64,000 bases of DNA from Octopus vulgaris (Eukaryota), in assembly GCA_951406725.2 (NCBI GenBank), contig OX597816.1:98642001-98706000 (forward strand), read 5' to 3'. The notes beneath the pieces were generated by a model. The model did no database searches. It was not told the DNA's origin and saw only the letters and a list, made by a program, of their open reading frames with translations. Positions 40,433 to 55,101 of the stretch are shown one piece after another (the stretch's first letter is position 1; every line of letters begins with the position of its first letter). The position numbers and the translations under genes were made by a program.

Positions 40433-42189
40433 TATATATATATATATGTGCGTGTTCTTTTATTCTTTTACTAGTTTCAGAGTTTTGACTGCGGCAAAAC
40501 CGGAGCACCGCTTTGTTATATATATATAATATATTAAACATTTTACTTCTTTTCATTATATTTGTACTTGTGTAGCTTCAATGATTTCATATCTGGATTC
40601 GAAATTATTCTGGTGCATATAAGAAAATTAGGTTCCGGTTGTTGTGATTCTAGAAAGTTAAGAAACTTAAGAAAAATTGTTCTCTACTGGGTTTGAAATA
40701 ATGTTATTAGTACACTTGATGCTACTGTTCTAATAAAATTTGTAGAAATTATTTTTCGTAAATACAATACGAAAACACTGCACTCATACACAGACATACT
40801 CACATACACACGCACATACAAACATATACATACGCACATATATACACGCTCCATCACTCTATCAAAGCCTCTCCCCACTTTCTCTCTCTCTCAAACACAC
40901 GCATACACACACGCACACATACAAACACACATATTGCACATGCAATATATATATAGGTTAAAATCTATGGAAAGGTTGATTTAAAAATGAATATGGACAT
41001 CTGCTGCTCTCCAGATTCCCAGAGATATCACGAATGAGTAATTAAATGTAATTAAAGTATTTAAAACAGTAATGCGTTTGGGTAAGACACACCACTGGAA
41101 CAAAGGCAGTCAAGTCAGTTAAATTACGGTAGATTATACAAAGCATTATGGTTCTGACGGTCATTAGACGCTAAAGTACCGTAAGTACTACGTTTATACG
41201 TATTACATAACTATCTATATTTGAATTTTATACTTATAGTAGGGAAACAATGTGGAGGACTGTGAAGGAAACAAAGTAAAAATAAAATAGAAACGAAGAA
41301 ACAGACACAAAAACAATTCCACTCTTACAATGATATACCGGTTTATGTCTCTGCATGTATACGTGTATTTCCGTGTTTGTATCTGTGTGTGCGCCTGTCT
41401 GTATTTGCCTTTGTGTGAATACTTTTTTTTTAATATTTGTTCAAGTTGGTATGTGTTCAATTGCCATTGAATCTATAGTAAATAAGTTTCACAGAATTAC
41501 AAGACAACACATTAAACTGCCATTCTTAGACGCAGTGAAATCAAATGCTCTAGCGCCTAACAATCTGTATAGTTGGCGTTTCCTAAACCATAATTGATAC
41601 TTTAATGGCGTACTGAAGTCTACAGTGTTATAGTCTATGTAAGATTGCCAAGATATGAAGTAAATTCCTGGGTGATTTAAGATTTGTTGAACAGCTGATG
41701 TTGCTACGAAGACTATTTTGTGAAATACACTTACTATTATAGCTTTTATGTTTCTTTAATATTCGTAAATATTGTTGAATATTTCTTTCGGAAATGTTAG
41801 TGCTCGACATTTGTTTATGCAATGATAGTTATCAGAATATCTTCAGGACATATTATGTTAATTCTTCAGATTAAATATAATACAGAATACATTAATCAAT
41901 ATCATCTCCCGTCATTTATTTTAATCTCTTCAGACATTCATGTAATGATGTGTTTCTAACTAAATGTAAAACTATTTTTATAGCTTATACCGAGCTCATA
42001 AAGACGTTAGGAGAAAGAAAGAGTTCGAATTCAGAATGAATATGATCAATACGCTATTTATATGATGATTTACAGGAAAGGTTACAGACTGGTCATCAAT
42101 ATTTAGTTGAAATCTTGATAAAACTGATGAAACAAGGGAAATGTACACCTGTAAATAGCTCTTGTTTGGTAGATAATATACAATCCTTT

Positions 42190-42282
42190 CTGCTATAGGC
42201 ATAAGGCCAGAAATTTTGGGGAACTGGATAGTCGATTGCATCGACTCTCTCACTGGACATATACTTGATTTAGCAACCCCGA
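42190..42282 (-). mobile_element. SINE 3' fragment
   Basis: aggcataaggccagaaattttggggaac..tagtcgattgcatcgac is the reverse complement of the 28352-family tail. Confidence 0.65.
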
Positions 42283-42801
42283 AGAACATATCTCCTCGTA
42301 TGTGTAGGTATATATGACTGTAACACTGCATTGACCAGATCATCAGATACTGTTATACACCGCTAGTTAACAATGCACCTCCAATTCTGTCATGATTGAG
42401 ACATTATTTTCCATCTCGACGAAACTTACTTGACTAACTCATTTTCCGTTGTCGCGTAGGCCTTCCAAGTGACCTTTTCTGATCTCTTCGTTACCTCTCA
42501 GCAACTGTACAGGTTCTTCGTAAACAGCTTACGGATGTGAGACAAGAGTTATATGAAGCAATAGTTTTTAAAACATTCTTTACCAGCCCTGTTATAAATC
42601 GGGAAGTTGTTTGACTCTTTCCAAAATGAGGGTAATTTACACACTTTCAAATAGCGATTAAAACGAAAAGATGAGGATTTCTCACGGATCTTCACCTCGA
42701 CATTTTAAGATCTTTGTTGTGACGCAATAGTTCCGAGACGCTTTGTCCGTTTTCATCCGTTTGAGGATATTTTCAGCATCACTTTATTCGCATTTATATA
42801 T

Positions 42802-42861
<60 letters not shown>

Positions 42862-43032
42862 TAACAACAAAAGAATGAGACCTCTACATTATACAAATAG
42901 AGGATTATTTGTATATGTTATAATTTTGATAATAATTAATGTTATAGGTGTAAATTGTCATTAGAGTACTCGTAGTTTCGAGATATGCATGTTTGTATAT
43001 GTGCCGGATTTAGCCGTGTGATAGGGTATGTG

Positions 43033-43070
<38 letters not shown>

Positions 43071-43071
<1 letters not shown>

Positions 43072-43566
43072 TAGCAGTATCGCCCGGCGTTGCTCGGGTT
43101 TGTAAGGGAAATAACTATATAAGCATTTTTAGAGAGTTACTTCCCTTATAGATGCCAACTCGGGCTTTCTTAGCCATTTCTGTTTTGGTGTCTTCAAGCC
43201 ATGAAGTCGTTGTTCTCCTTGACAACGCATTACGACGTTGATTTCTTTACACTCCCTTCCCCACAGCTTCACGAGGGAGGGAAGGGGGAGAAGCAAACAG
43301 GTGCAGCTGTGAGCGTGGACGCCAACTACGCCGCCATCGACACACGAAAAATTATGCATTAAAATGGAATAAAAAATGATGTTAAATTATTTTTAAAATC
43401 GTAGACTCATCGTTGACGCGCGCTAGTAGCCAGACGGGCTCGAAATGATTCACGACTATAAGATACCCGAATTTGGGTAAACTGCACCGCAAAATGTGGG
43501 AGGAGTTAGGAATCTAAATCGAAGGGGACAGACACTCACACAACTACAGTTTTATATATATATAGA
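43071..43566 (-). mobile_element. Non-autonomous Helitron (496 bp) inserted in (TA)n
   Basis: On minus: 5'-TC(TATATA) start at 43566, GC-rich hairpin CCCGAGCAACGCCGGG near the end, terminal CTAG-3' at 43071. Inserted between A and T with no TSD. Confidence 0.9.
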
Positions 43567-43675
43567 TATATATATATATATATGTATGTATGTGTGTACA
43601 ATGTTATGTATATACATGCAAGCACCTGCGTATAAATATGGATGAAGTTGCGTACACACACACACACACACATAC

Positions 43676-43727
<52 letters not shown>

Positions 43728-44109
43728 ATACACATACATACAAGAGTCCGTATGTATGTGGATATGTGTATGTATGAGTACGTTCACGTAGATATATGTT
43801 TGTGTATGTATGTGTAAGTGCGTATACATGTTTTTTGTGAGTATGTATGTAGACGTTATGAAACGTATGGACACATTATGAAAGCAGGAGGTTTATGTCT
43901 ATATATTGTGGGAATATGGTTGCATGTACTTTTATCTCTTTTGTTTTTTTTTCTTTTTCTACATCCCCTTTATTTCAACTTCCCTTTTAGTCAACGGTTT
44001 TTCGCAGCATCTATTACCATTAATACCCGACATGAATACATCGTAGCTTTTCGCTGCCAGATTCGAAGCTCCGAGTACTATAATAACAACCTAATGCTTA
44101 TTCCAAATT

Positions 44110-44167
<58 letters not shown>

Positions 44168-45583
44168 ACATGTATCATCATATGTGTATTATTTTCAAAT
44201 TACGTAATATATTACACATACATTCGCGCGCATGAAGATTCTGAATGGTTTCCGCCGATCAAATTTTCCTTCCTCGCACTTGGCTATGCTGTCTTAGAGT
44301 ATAAGACTGAAAACTCATTAGTATGAATGTCTTTCCTCGAACACTCACTTAAGCATGTGCCAAGCCTATATATCTTTTGATATGTCCGGGATCTCTGTTA
44401 CCATTGGATTTAATGGATAGGACGATATCCGTGCATTTTCTTACAGTAATAGCTATGAATGTCAAATGACATCTTCAAGCGTGTCAAAACTGATCGAATC
44501 GCCGCATTTTAATATAGTGCGTTTATTACTACGTCAATGAGTACTTGAATAAATCTTTACAAAATTGATACTGTATTCGTAATTTACAATATTCATTATA
44601 TTCCGGATGCATGATCAGAATATTGTCTTAAAATATTTTAATCACATTTAATGAAGATGATAATGTTTTTTGCTATTGTGATGATGGTAATGACAATAAA
44701 GAGCAGCAATAAGGATAAATATGTTTATGGTTATTAGTAGAATCAATAGTGCATCGCATTGCAAAGCTTTGTGGCATGAAATCCGTCTTTTTACGTTTTG
44801 CGTTGAAATTCCCTAGAGTCGACTTTGGCTATTTTCCTTGGAATGTCGATAATTACAGGATCAATAATCTCAAGTGTAACCTTCCCACCAAAATATATGA
44901 TTGTGTGCCAATGTAAGAAACTATGATTATTAATATTAGTATTAATATAATTATCATTGAAGAGATGATCAATAATTAATTAGTAGAGCGGCGTAAAAAA
45001 TATGCTTTGTAGTAACGATTATGTCTCTCTAAATTCAGCCTTAAAATCCCGCCTGGGTTCCCTTTGTCAGGCAGTTCTGAAGGATCAATAAATTAGCAAC
45101 CATTATTTAAGCATTCTGTTAAATGTGATCCAGCAGTTTTTAATTATTTTCGAAAAAGCAGCAGTTTGTCGAATATGTAGGGTCTCTGACGATATGCATG
45201 TTAGTATTGATTCCTTTTCACCTTTGCATTTCAAATCCATCCAGGGTCAGCTTGTATGTTTTCTAGCCTGGATAGAATAAAAAGAATGTCTAGTACGGAT
45301 TCGATTTTCATCAATTTATGTTCTCAGAAGTTGTGTACCGTTTTGCTATTGTAAGAAATTTTATTAAAAGTAGTATGAGAAACAGTAGAAATAGCAGTAA
45401 CAACAGGTGCAGCAACAGGTTCTGCATTCGATACAGCGACGGGAAAGGAGGTGGAAGCACAAGAAATATTAGTAAGAAAGTGGTGAAATTACAAAGACTT
45501 CAGATCACTGAAAAATCCCCTAACGTTATTTTCACACAAGCTTTCTTGTTGGTTTCAGAAAACTTTAATGCCGAATTCGTCAT

Positions 45584-46257
45584 TCAACACTTTTAAAACG
45601 ATTGATGTAAATTTACGCAGGCAATATACATTCTTTATTTCGGTCGACGTAATTATACGCCGCCTGACTTGCAACCTGTTGTCTGAGTCAGAACGCGTAG
45701 ACGTCCCGGATTCTCTCCACGCCGCATGATGAAGGGACGTGGACATTTTCCACTGCTGTTTCTCTCCACCGCCAAGAACACAAATGCTTCATAGAGATGC
45801 GCATTACATAAAGCAAAATGGAAACGTATGGAAACTAGAGACCATTGTTCACAACGTGATATACACTCTGGGTGGTACTCTGTTTTGAACTCTACCACAC
45901 TAAAGACAATTTTTGAATTCACGTGATTGTAAATGCATGAAGTTGATCTGGCATATGCTGTTGAGTGATCATGCTCAGGAATAATACCGCATGAGCGTCC
46001 TGCATAGAGGTATAGTGTAGGTAAATAAACAGTACTTGCACTAAAGCGATTCACGTAAATATACGCCCAACGTTAACTCGCACTGAGAGCTGACCTGAAT
46101 GCCCCCGATTACAGCTGCCGCGCGCAGACAGCCGGAGGAATCACCGCCGTAACCTGGTTACATTGTCGTGCGTTAATTGCTGATCTCAGCCGAGATGATT
46201 ACTGCCAATGCAACCTAGCTGCTTGATTGAAAACAAAAACAGGTGTCAAGAGGTTAA
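45584..46257 (+). mobile_element. piggyBac remnant retaining the C-terminal cysteine-rich domain
   Basis: Plus strand GRGHFP..STAKNTNAS*RC...KRMETRDHC...CFELYHTKDNF* (45700-45917). Right end AAGAGG-TTAA (TTAA at 46254-46257); left end degenerate TCAA-CACTTT. Confidence 0.75.
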
Positions 46258-47774
46258 ATGTGTAGAACGTCTAACAGGTTGCGTGGAATAAATCATCAAG
46301 AAAGACAAATATAATGATTTAAAGAAATAAATGAAAGAAATTTGAAAAAAAGATACCACTGGGTATATAAGTATATATTAGATAATTCACGATACCAGTT
46401 ACTGATATTTCATTTATCTGAAATATAGACATTCCATGTATATTTTTCAAGTGCTTCGAAATAACTTCTCGTAAATTTTTGTGACAATGAGGTTTCTTGC
46501 GTGAAGCGGTGCTAGCATTGAACCTTGGAACCTGAAATTGGAAGGTGGGAGCGATGTTTATTTTTACGTTATAAGCATTTCATCACCATGTATTTTATCT
46601 TGATAGATTACCTGAAAATTTTAAATATCGGCATGTTTTGGGATAGATTCAGAATTTTGTCTCAAGCTGGTTTACATTTGGCTATCTTGCTTGTAACTAA
46701 TTCACAGAATGACATCCTAAGCCTCGTAGAAAAGAAAGGCATCCATGTAGTAGAAAAGGATATTTCCTAAGTGGTTACGTAAGCTATGTACATATATCTT
46801 CAATGTCGAGAAAGAATAAGCGGTTGTGTTCTGTTTGTAATACCCCGAGCCAGCAAGACGTGAGACAAGATGTCGGCAATCAATCACACAACACGTGTGT
46901 GCGTTTGGGTAACGTGTGCAATGCATATACTTATATGCATATTAAATTAAATGCATATAATTATACAGCCACAAGACGAAAACACAAAATAGGACAAAAA
47001 TCACACACGCACTTGTATGTATGTATATATACATACATTATGATTACATCAGTACTCACTACTGAGTTAAAAAAAGGTAATGCAATGTGGTATATATATA
47101 TATGTTTATATGTTTATAAAATAAACAAACTAGACGTTCTCTAACGCCAACTTCAAGCCTCTTGTCATCATAACATTCACGAGAAAACGTGTTTAATACG
47201 TCTCTAGTTTTCCAGAAATATATTTTCAAAAAATAATTTATTTCTATTTCCGTTATGAATAAATGAACTATTTCACCTGAAAGAAATAATGAAATCTGAT
47301 TAATTATTCTGGAAAATTAAATATAGTTATGAATCAAAGTTAGAAAACAGAGAAGAAAAGAATGGAGATTAATAAATACGCACAAAAATACAGAGAGAGA
47401 GACGAAAACGTTATACGAGACTAAATAACAAAAATAAGACGCAAACTAAGTCAGTATTCATGCAGACATGTGTTTGCATGGTGACGGATAAAGGTTCTAT
47501 GAACTTTTCATTTGATAGACTCTTTTCAAAATGCCTATACTTCTGAAAATCCATATGTTCATTGCAGCGCGTTTGCTAAATATTCGGGAAATAGATGTAT
47601 ATGTAAGTTTTATTTTCAATTCATCTTTATATTGAAACAGGATGATGCATTCTCAATATTTTCTCTATTGAAACATTTATGATTATGATTAGGTTTTTTA
47701 CAGGCTATAGGCGGGGAATATGATCCCATTTTAATATATATGTGAGGCTTTCAAGATGGAAAGGTGTCAGAATA

Positions 47775-48008
47775 GCGCCACCGAGTGAAATGATTTGCAG
47801 CATTTCGCCATCTTCACGTTCTGAGTTTAAATTCCGCTGAATCTTACTTTGCAATTCATTCCTTTGGGACCGATGCAATAAGTACCAGTTGAGTATTGGA
47901 CTAGATTTATCGGAGTCGATAAATTAAGAACCAGTGAAACCCTGGGTCTGGTGTAATCGACTAGTCCCATCCTTCCAAATTTCAGGCCTTATACCTTTAG
48001 TAGAAGGG
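47775..48008 (+). mobile_element. SINE (dimeric type) ending in (ATT)n
   Basis: gttctgagtttaaattccg...gtcgataaattaag...aaatttcaggcctt...tagaaggg. Confidence 0.8.

Positions 48009-48086
<78 letters not shown>
48009..48086. repeat. (ATT)n microsatellite
   Basis: Perfect run. Confidence 0.98.
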
Positions 48087-48620
48087 GAGTGACAGAGCAG
48101 TGCATGCCATCAAAGTTAACTCTGGAGTACAAATATACGAAGCCCAGTAAACTCATCATGACTACCCGTCTGATAGGGGTACATCAAGTACATACATTAC
48201 AATCATATACGCGCAACATGGTGATCTCATATCAAGATAAACAGCGCATGACCTTGCAGGTGGAGCCTAGTTAGAATTTTCATCAGGTCGGGTTGCCAAA
48301 CCCAATCAAAAGATCCCTGAATAATGTGTGATTAAGGACGTTGAATGAAACACCCAGGTTTCCAGAGGTGAAATATTCATACCCCAAATAATTCCTCTCA
48401 ATACATAGCCATGATGCTCCCCCACTACTTCACTTCATGGTCAGAGACGCACATATAGTCAACCACTAAGAGTCATGCTCAACTGGCTAAGGCCAAGCAA
48501 CTGGCAAGTAAATCTGTGGTACTGGGCAGAATATTTGCTTTTATATCAGGACAAACCATACACATGAAAACATTTCCAATCGGTTTAGATGAGAAGCTAT
48601 GAGATCCACTGCATTACTGA
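48087..48620. mobile_element. About 530-bp interspersed repeat embedded between (TTA)n tracts; probable non-autonomous retroposon
   Basis: Higher-GC block bounded on both sides by ATT repeats; resembles a common octopus repeat from memory; no ORF. Confidence 0.55.
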
Positions 48621-48729
48621 AATTATCATCATCATCATTATTATTATTATCATTCTTCTTCTTATTATTATTATTGTTGTTATTGTTATTGTTATTATTA
48701 TTGTTATTATTATTGATATTATTATTACT

Positions 48730-49195
48730 ATTATTTCATATACGCTCAACAGATTAGACTGTTGGAAAATAAAAATTCCTAACATTGGACTACAACGAGT
48801 AACTTTAGATGCCAAGAACTCTTTTAAGTATCCTAGCTCTCACTAATATCACTGTTTTCTGGAGCTATACTAAACTGGGCTTTATGCCTATTTCCTCTAT
48901 CCATCTGTTGAATTCTTTAGTGAGAGTTCCTAATGCACCTATATCTACGTGGATACATTTTACTCGCACTATTCATAGTCTATGTAACTCATTGGCTAAG
49001 TCCTGCAACTTTGCTATTTTCTGTATAGCTTTCATATTGACTTTCTCATCATTTGGCACTTTCTAATCTAGTTTTTATTTCTCTTTCCGCCTGAATGTTA
49101 AAGTCTCACAACAACTTAGTTCTACTTTACTATGTTAATTTTCATAAAATGTATTAGTATAATCAAATCCTACTTTTCTACATAACTCCCAGTGG
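48730..49195 (-). mobile_element. R4/Dong-type LINE 3' end
   Basis: Minus strand IGALGTLTKEF...LQKTVILVRARILKRVLGI*; (TAA)-like tail at 48620-48735 and (ATT)n at 49196-49281. Confidence 0.8.
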
Positions 49196-49281
<86 letters not shown>

Positions 49282-49642
49282 CATTGTTATTATTATTACT
49301 ATTATTATTGCTGTTGTTGTTGTTATTAGTATTATTATTATTTTTATTCACCATGTTTCATTTATTTATTCAAATGGATAGAAAGAAAATGAAGCATGAC
49401 ATTGACAATTTTGAGCGTATTCATCTTGCAGGGTTTTTGGCCCATCCTGGAGATGTATATATATTTATGCGTGTGGGTATGCATTTATGCATATATACAT
49501 GTGTGTGCGTTAATGCAGATATACAGTTAAATATGTATATATACACGCATGTATGTTATGTATGTACAGACAAATCAAGACTAAATAGTACTTTAAAATT
49601 TTTAAAGTTGTTTCTTCCTCTCGTATTATTTTGCAATTAGAA

Positions 49643-49854
49643 GGCGACGAGCCGGCAGAAACGTTAGCACGCCGGGCGAAATTCCTAGCGGTATATCGTC
49701 TGTCTTTACAATCTAAGTTCAAATTCCGCCGAAGTCGGCTTTGCCTTTCATCCTTTCGGCTTAGATGAATTAAGTACCAGTTCCGTACTGGGATCGATCT
49801 AATCGACTCGCCCCCTCCCCCAAAATGTCGGGCCTTGTACCAAGAGTACAAAAG
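49643..49854 (+). mobile_element. Full-length monomeric SINE with 15-bp TSD
   Basis: GGCGACGAGCCGGCAGAAACGTTAGCACGCCGGGCGAA head and gcctttcatcctttcgg core. TSD attattttgcaatta (49625-49639) and attattttgtaatta (49855-49869). Confidence 0.93.
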
Positions 49855-50760
49855 ATTATTTTGTAATTAAACTATAACCAAAAGTGCAAACAAAAAACTA
49901 AAACCACTTTTCTCCATCGACCACGAGTATTTCACAGTTTCATAGGTAGCATTTGAAATCTTATTTGCCTCTGTACATCCTCCTTTTTATGTATTATTGT
50001 CATCATTCCTTGTATGTAGAATGTATCGCCTAGATTTATGTTGAAATTGTTGCTGGTATCCTGAATTGAATCGCTTGATTCTTATGTCACTATTAGTCTG
50101 GTAATATATTTTATGACGTATGTATTCTGTCTGTAGGTGTTATGTAGCATTGTGCTATGTTAAGAACAATACTTCCAATATTAGTTATTTCGATATATGT
50201 TTTACTGTTATTTTTTTCTTTATTGTATATTATTTTCCTTCTTAACGCTTCCCACTATTCGTTATTCAATAAAAGTACGTCATCTAAAGAATGTTAGAAA
50301 TTATTAACTTAATTTAGATTTGTCGGAAACGAACTCATCATACGTTATATCTTCCACAATTTTTCTATTCTGGATTATTCGTTGAATCCATAAGCTTAAA
50401 TGTCGAATGTAAAATTTCATCTATGAGTTATAAGCAGCTAAGACATTCACATTTTTAAGGGATAATAAATCTGATTTGTTGACAGTATAAATATGCCCTT
50501 CAGGCATTATAGTAATATTTTTGCATATTTTTAACGCGTACTAATATTTAAATTTAAATCTGAAAGCCATATGTGCTTTCTCACGACGAGTATGCAAAAC
50601 ATGATGATACTTACGCAAATTAGGCAGAAATCTGAGAACGAAGGAGTCATTTACACTCTTCGGGGAAAATTGAATGTAGTTACTTGAGAAATAAACATCA
50701 TTGTGCATTTCTCCAGTCTTCTAACCAGCGAGTATTATCAACCATTCTCACCCCACCTCC

Positions 50761-50761
<1 letters not shown>

Positions 50762-50825
<64 letters not shown>
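50762..50825. repeat. (TC)n microsatellite
   Basis: Directly visible. Confidence 0.98.
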
Positions 50826-50828
<3 letters not shown>

Positions 50829-51298
50829 CACTCACTCTCTCGCACACATAATGAATATTTGTTTATCTTTGATGTCCTTCTTCATTGTTCATTTTAATTA
50901 CATTATATGTGCGTGTGTATGTGTGTGTGCGTGTGAGGGTGAGTGAGAGTGTACGTGTGTGCACGATTATATATGTATTGTTTAAATATACCTACGCGTG
51001 TGTATTCGTGTGTTTACACATATGAGTATGTGCGGGCGTATGGTGTGTGTGTGTGTGTGTGTGTGTTGGCGTGTGTGTGTCCGTGTATGTGGTTAAGTAA
51101 TAGTCTTTCTTTGAAATCTTTCAGACTGTCATGTTATGAATAAAATATTTTACTTCCTTATTCCTATTTTCGGGGAGCTTTTAGGCGATTGGATAAAGCA
51201 TTAACATTCATACATACAGTCGTCCAACAATTCTTACAGACTGTTCTGCTTGTGAATGATTTTATGGCTTTAATAGCCTCCCAATACCTTGCAAAATT

Positions 51299-51836
<538 letters not shown>

Positions 51837-52799
51837 CTGATAGATGTTGTAACGTTTTATTATACAACGATTAAATTCCTGATTTGTTTTTGTTTTTGCT
51901 GATACTGACCTCTGTATTAATTTTTAGTTAACATTTGGTAATTAGTATATGCTCTTTAGTTACTTTTCGCATTCTATTAATTTCTTCTTTTGCTGATTAC
52001 ATCCGAAATATAATTGTCGTTGTGAGCACTAATGTTTTGGCATCTACCTAATTTATTATTTTGAATACTGTTGATTATAATTGCATGAGTAATCAAAGGG
52101 AATTATTGTATTGGTGTTTGCGATGTAACGGTCTGAGTTCTGGTGATTGCAGCTTACATATATACATTGATGACTGCATATTACATTAGTTGTCTGAAGT
52201 ACATTCTCTAATTTGCTATTTTGCGTACTTCCCTGTTAATGTAGATGCATTTTATTGTACTAAATACGATTTTATATTTAGGCGTGACAATCTTCTGCAA
52301 CTATAAACGACGTATTCATGAATTCCGTATCAATATAGGTCAACTTCATCTCATATTTTGCAATCTTCAAAAGTATCTGAGTATCCCATTTTAACGGTCT
52401 GTTTTATACAATATTTCATATATATACCATGCATTAACGCTATAAAGCTGACTAAAATTTTGAAAAATATTGTTAAAGAAAATTGCAACCAACAGTTCAG
52501 TATAAGTAAAACAATAATAACACAACGAAAGGATTATATATTCTCTATGATGAGTCTAAACAATTGATATAACATATCTATAGGTGGACAGCATGAAAGA
52601 CGAACTTTTGAATTTTTGCCTAGTAATGGTGATATGAATAAGTCAGTCATACAATTAACACGAAACATTAGTTAATAGGTATTACCCTGATAAATCAGTA
52701 GGCCAGACTGCACAAAACCCCTAAATCAAATCCTTACCGTTACAGCATGTGCATTATCTTCAAGGACTATAAAAATTATGTAATTATATGGGTTCACTG

Positions 52800-52976
52800 T
52801 TTGGTACTAGAGCAGCAAATTTGGGAGATGAGGTAAGTTGATAACATGGATCTCAGTGCTCAGCTGGTTGTTATTTTATCTGCCTTGAGACGATGAAAGG
52901 CAAAGTCGACCACATCGGAATTTGAACGTAATGCCACTAATCATTTTGCCCAGTGTGCTAACGATTCTACCAGTTC
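52800..52976 (-). mobile_element. Degraded SINE, family of 28352
   Basis: gatgaaaggcaaagtcgacc..ggaatttgaac...gtgctaacgattctaccagttc. Confidence 0.8.
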
Positions 52977-53954
52977 AATCTCTTATGGAATAGATTAAAA
53001 GGACATAAAAACTCGTAAAAAGAAAACAAAAAACAACTATTAAAAATTACTATTGTTTTCCTTTGTTAGGAGGTAGGATTTGAACTCGGAGTATACTAAA
53101 CTGAAACAAATATCGTATGTCATCAACTCTAACAGTCAAATATTACAGCAAGTGAACATTTCGATGGTATTTAAATTAGTCACCTGCTATTTGAACAGCA
53201 AGGCTTGCCTTGGCAAATTTTAAACACTGTTGAAAGTATCAAAATGAATATCGCCAGGTATTTTACTCGATCCCCAAATGAATCTATCGATTGTAAATAT
53301 ACACATCATAACACGCATGTGGGGTCAAAAAAAAAGCATAAGCAAGTTTTCACATATAAACATAAACGTTTTATGCATATCTATGAGTACTAATACAGAC
53401 ATATATAGGCAGGTACTCACGTAGAACATTAAGCTAAATGGTACAAACGTATATAACATTGTTGTCTAGTCAGAGTAAGAGGGTTACAATGAAAAATGCA
53501 AATTAAGCAACGGTGTCTTGTGGGTGTAAAGAAGCTTTTGTTTATCTACATTCTGAACGGTAATTTAGTATAGAATATTTAATAAATAGTATAGATAAAC
53601 ATTTAATTGCACATAAATGCCAAGGTATAATTATCCTTAAATATAACCTAGACGAACAGGTACACACAAGCACACACGCACTCAAACACACACATTCACG
53701 AACACAAATACACACAAACACACACACATATATGTATATACCGAAACAAACATGATATATACAAAGGCATACATTGTATACATATGTATTATGTTCCTTT
53801 GTGTATAGTGCATATACATGAGGGAGAGAGAGAGGGAAGAATTCACAGGCACGCACATACAATCCCTCCTTCTCCCCCTCTCTCTCTCATACATATAAAC
53901 ACATAAATTTATGGATATGTCCACGGATAAATAGTTAAAGAATCAATCAACAGA

Positions 53955-53979
53955 CAGATAGATAAGTAGATAAATAGAT

Positions 53980-54075
<96 letters not shown>
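53955..54075. repeat. (GATA)n microsatellite
   Basis: Directly visible. Confidence 0.97.
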
Positions 54076-54076
<1 letters not shown>

Positions 54077-54379
54077 ATGAATTGTTAGATACATTATATA
54101 CAGGGAATGAGAGGATAAATATTAACTGTGTTCTGCTATAAGGAATAAAATCATAAAATAGATGAAATAGATAAAAAATGTATGTATAAAATTCCCTGCG
54201 CACATGTCCTATACGTAGACTATACTCTCAGTGCGCGCTCGAAAATGCACTAAAGCAAAACTATGTATATATGTATTTTTATTTGCTTATTTTGATCACA
54301 ATCTCAGTTGCACGTTTTTGCCGAAAATATGCCTTTCATAAACTTGCACGAATATACAAACCAGATGTTACTATTAGTT

Positions 54380-54655
54380 CATTCGTCCTTTCTCGGAGGA
54401 ACGAGCTGGGTTTGGAGGTTGTGTTAGGGAAGAAGCTGAGGACCAAGAGGTCTCGTAGCTTGTGGGCTCGTTAAATGACGGGAGGGGCCGGTTAGGGAAT
54501 ATGTGGGAAGTGGAGGGGGTTCGTCGACAGTTTTGGTCGAGAATGGAACAAAAATAACCTTATTTTTGTTCCATTCACAGCCAAAACTGTCCGATGAAAG
54601 GGAACATGAAACTCAGAGTAACAGCTTTTGTGAGGTCTTTGCAGCTTTATTGATA
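54380..54655 (-). mobile_element. Neptune-type PLE fragment fused to an inverted pseudo-LTR through a palindromic junction
   Basis: Minus strand 54505-54385 reads IFPNRPLPSF/RAHKLRDLLV (PLE linker motif R..NLRD.LV). Hairpin at 54526-54591; hammerhead-like motif on plus at 54587-54624. Confidence 0.72.
54587..54624 (+). ncRNA. Hammerhead-ribozyme-like motif with one core substitution
   Basis: CTGT-CCGATGA-aagggaacat-GAAA-CTCAGAG-TA-ACAG: stem I CTGT/ACAG, stem III ACTC/GAGT, GUA site; CUGA changed to CCGA and stem II weak. Confidence 0.55.
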
Positions 54656-54785
54656 ACGTATATATATGTGTGTGTGTGCGTTTGAGTCCGTCCATACATA
54701 TATACCCATCCGGTTAATAAGTTCATACTTCATAAAATGTGCACACACCCACAAACACACACGTATATGGATATACATTTATATA

Positions 54786-54837
<52 letters not shown>

Positions 54838-54882
54838 AAAACATATATATACACACACAAAGACAAACATTTATTAAACATA

Positions 54883-55030
54883 TACGAGGGGATTCTTTTA
54901 GTTTCCTATTACCAAATCCACTCACAAGTCTTTACAAGCCCAGAGAAGAAACAAGGCACTTAGTCAAATTGATATACGGTGGATTTGAATCCGGAACCTA
55001 GTGATTAAGCAGTGAACTCCTTACCACACA
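54883..55030 (-). mobile_element. Degraded SINE head, family of 20300
   Basis: taccaaatccactcacaagtcttt...tgaatccggaacc...cttaccacac. Confidence 0.6.
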
Positions 55031-55051
55031 TCAACGCATATACGTATATAA

Positions 55052-55101
<50 letters not shown>

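Noticed and set aside
42425-42600. Protein-like peptide LRYLSATVQVLRKQLTDVRQELYEA and a GTAAGT donor on minus
   Set aside because: In-frame stops separate the peptide from the plausible splice sites, so no consistent exon results.
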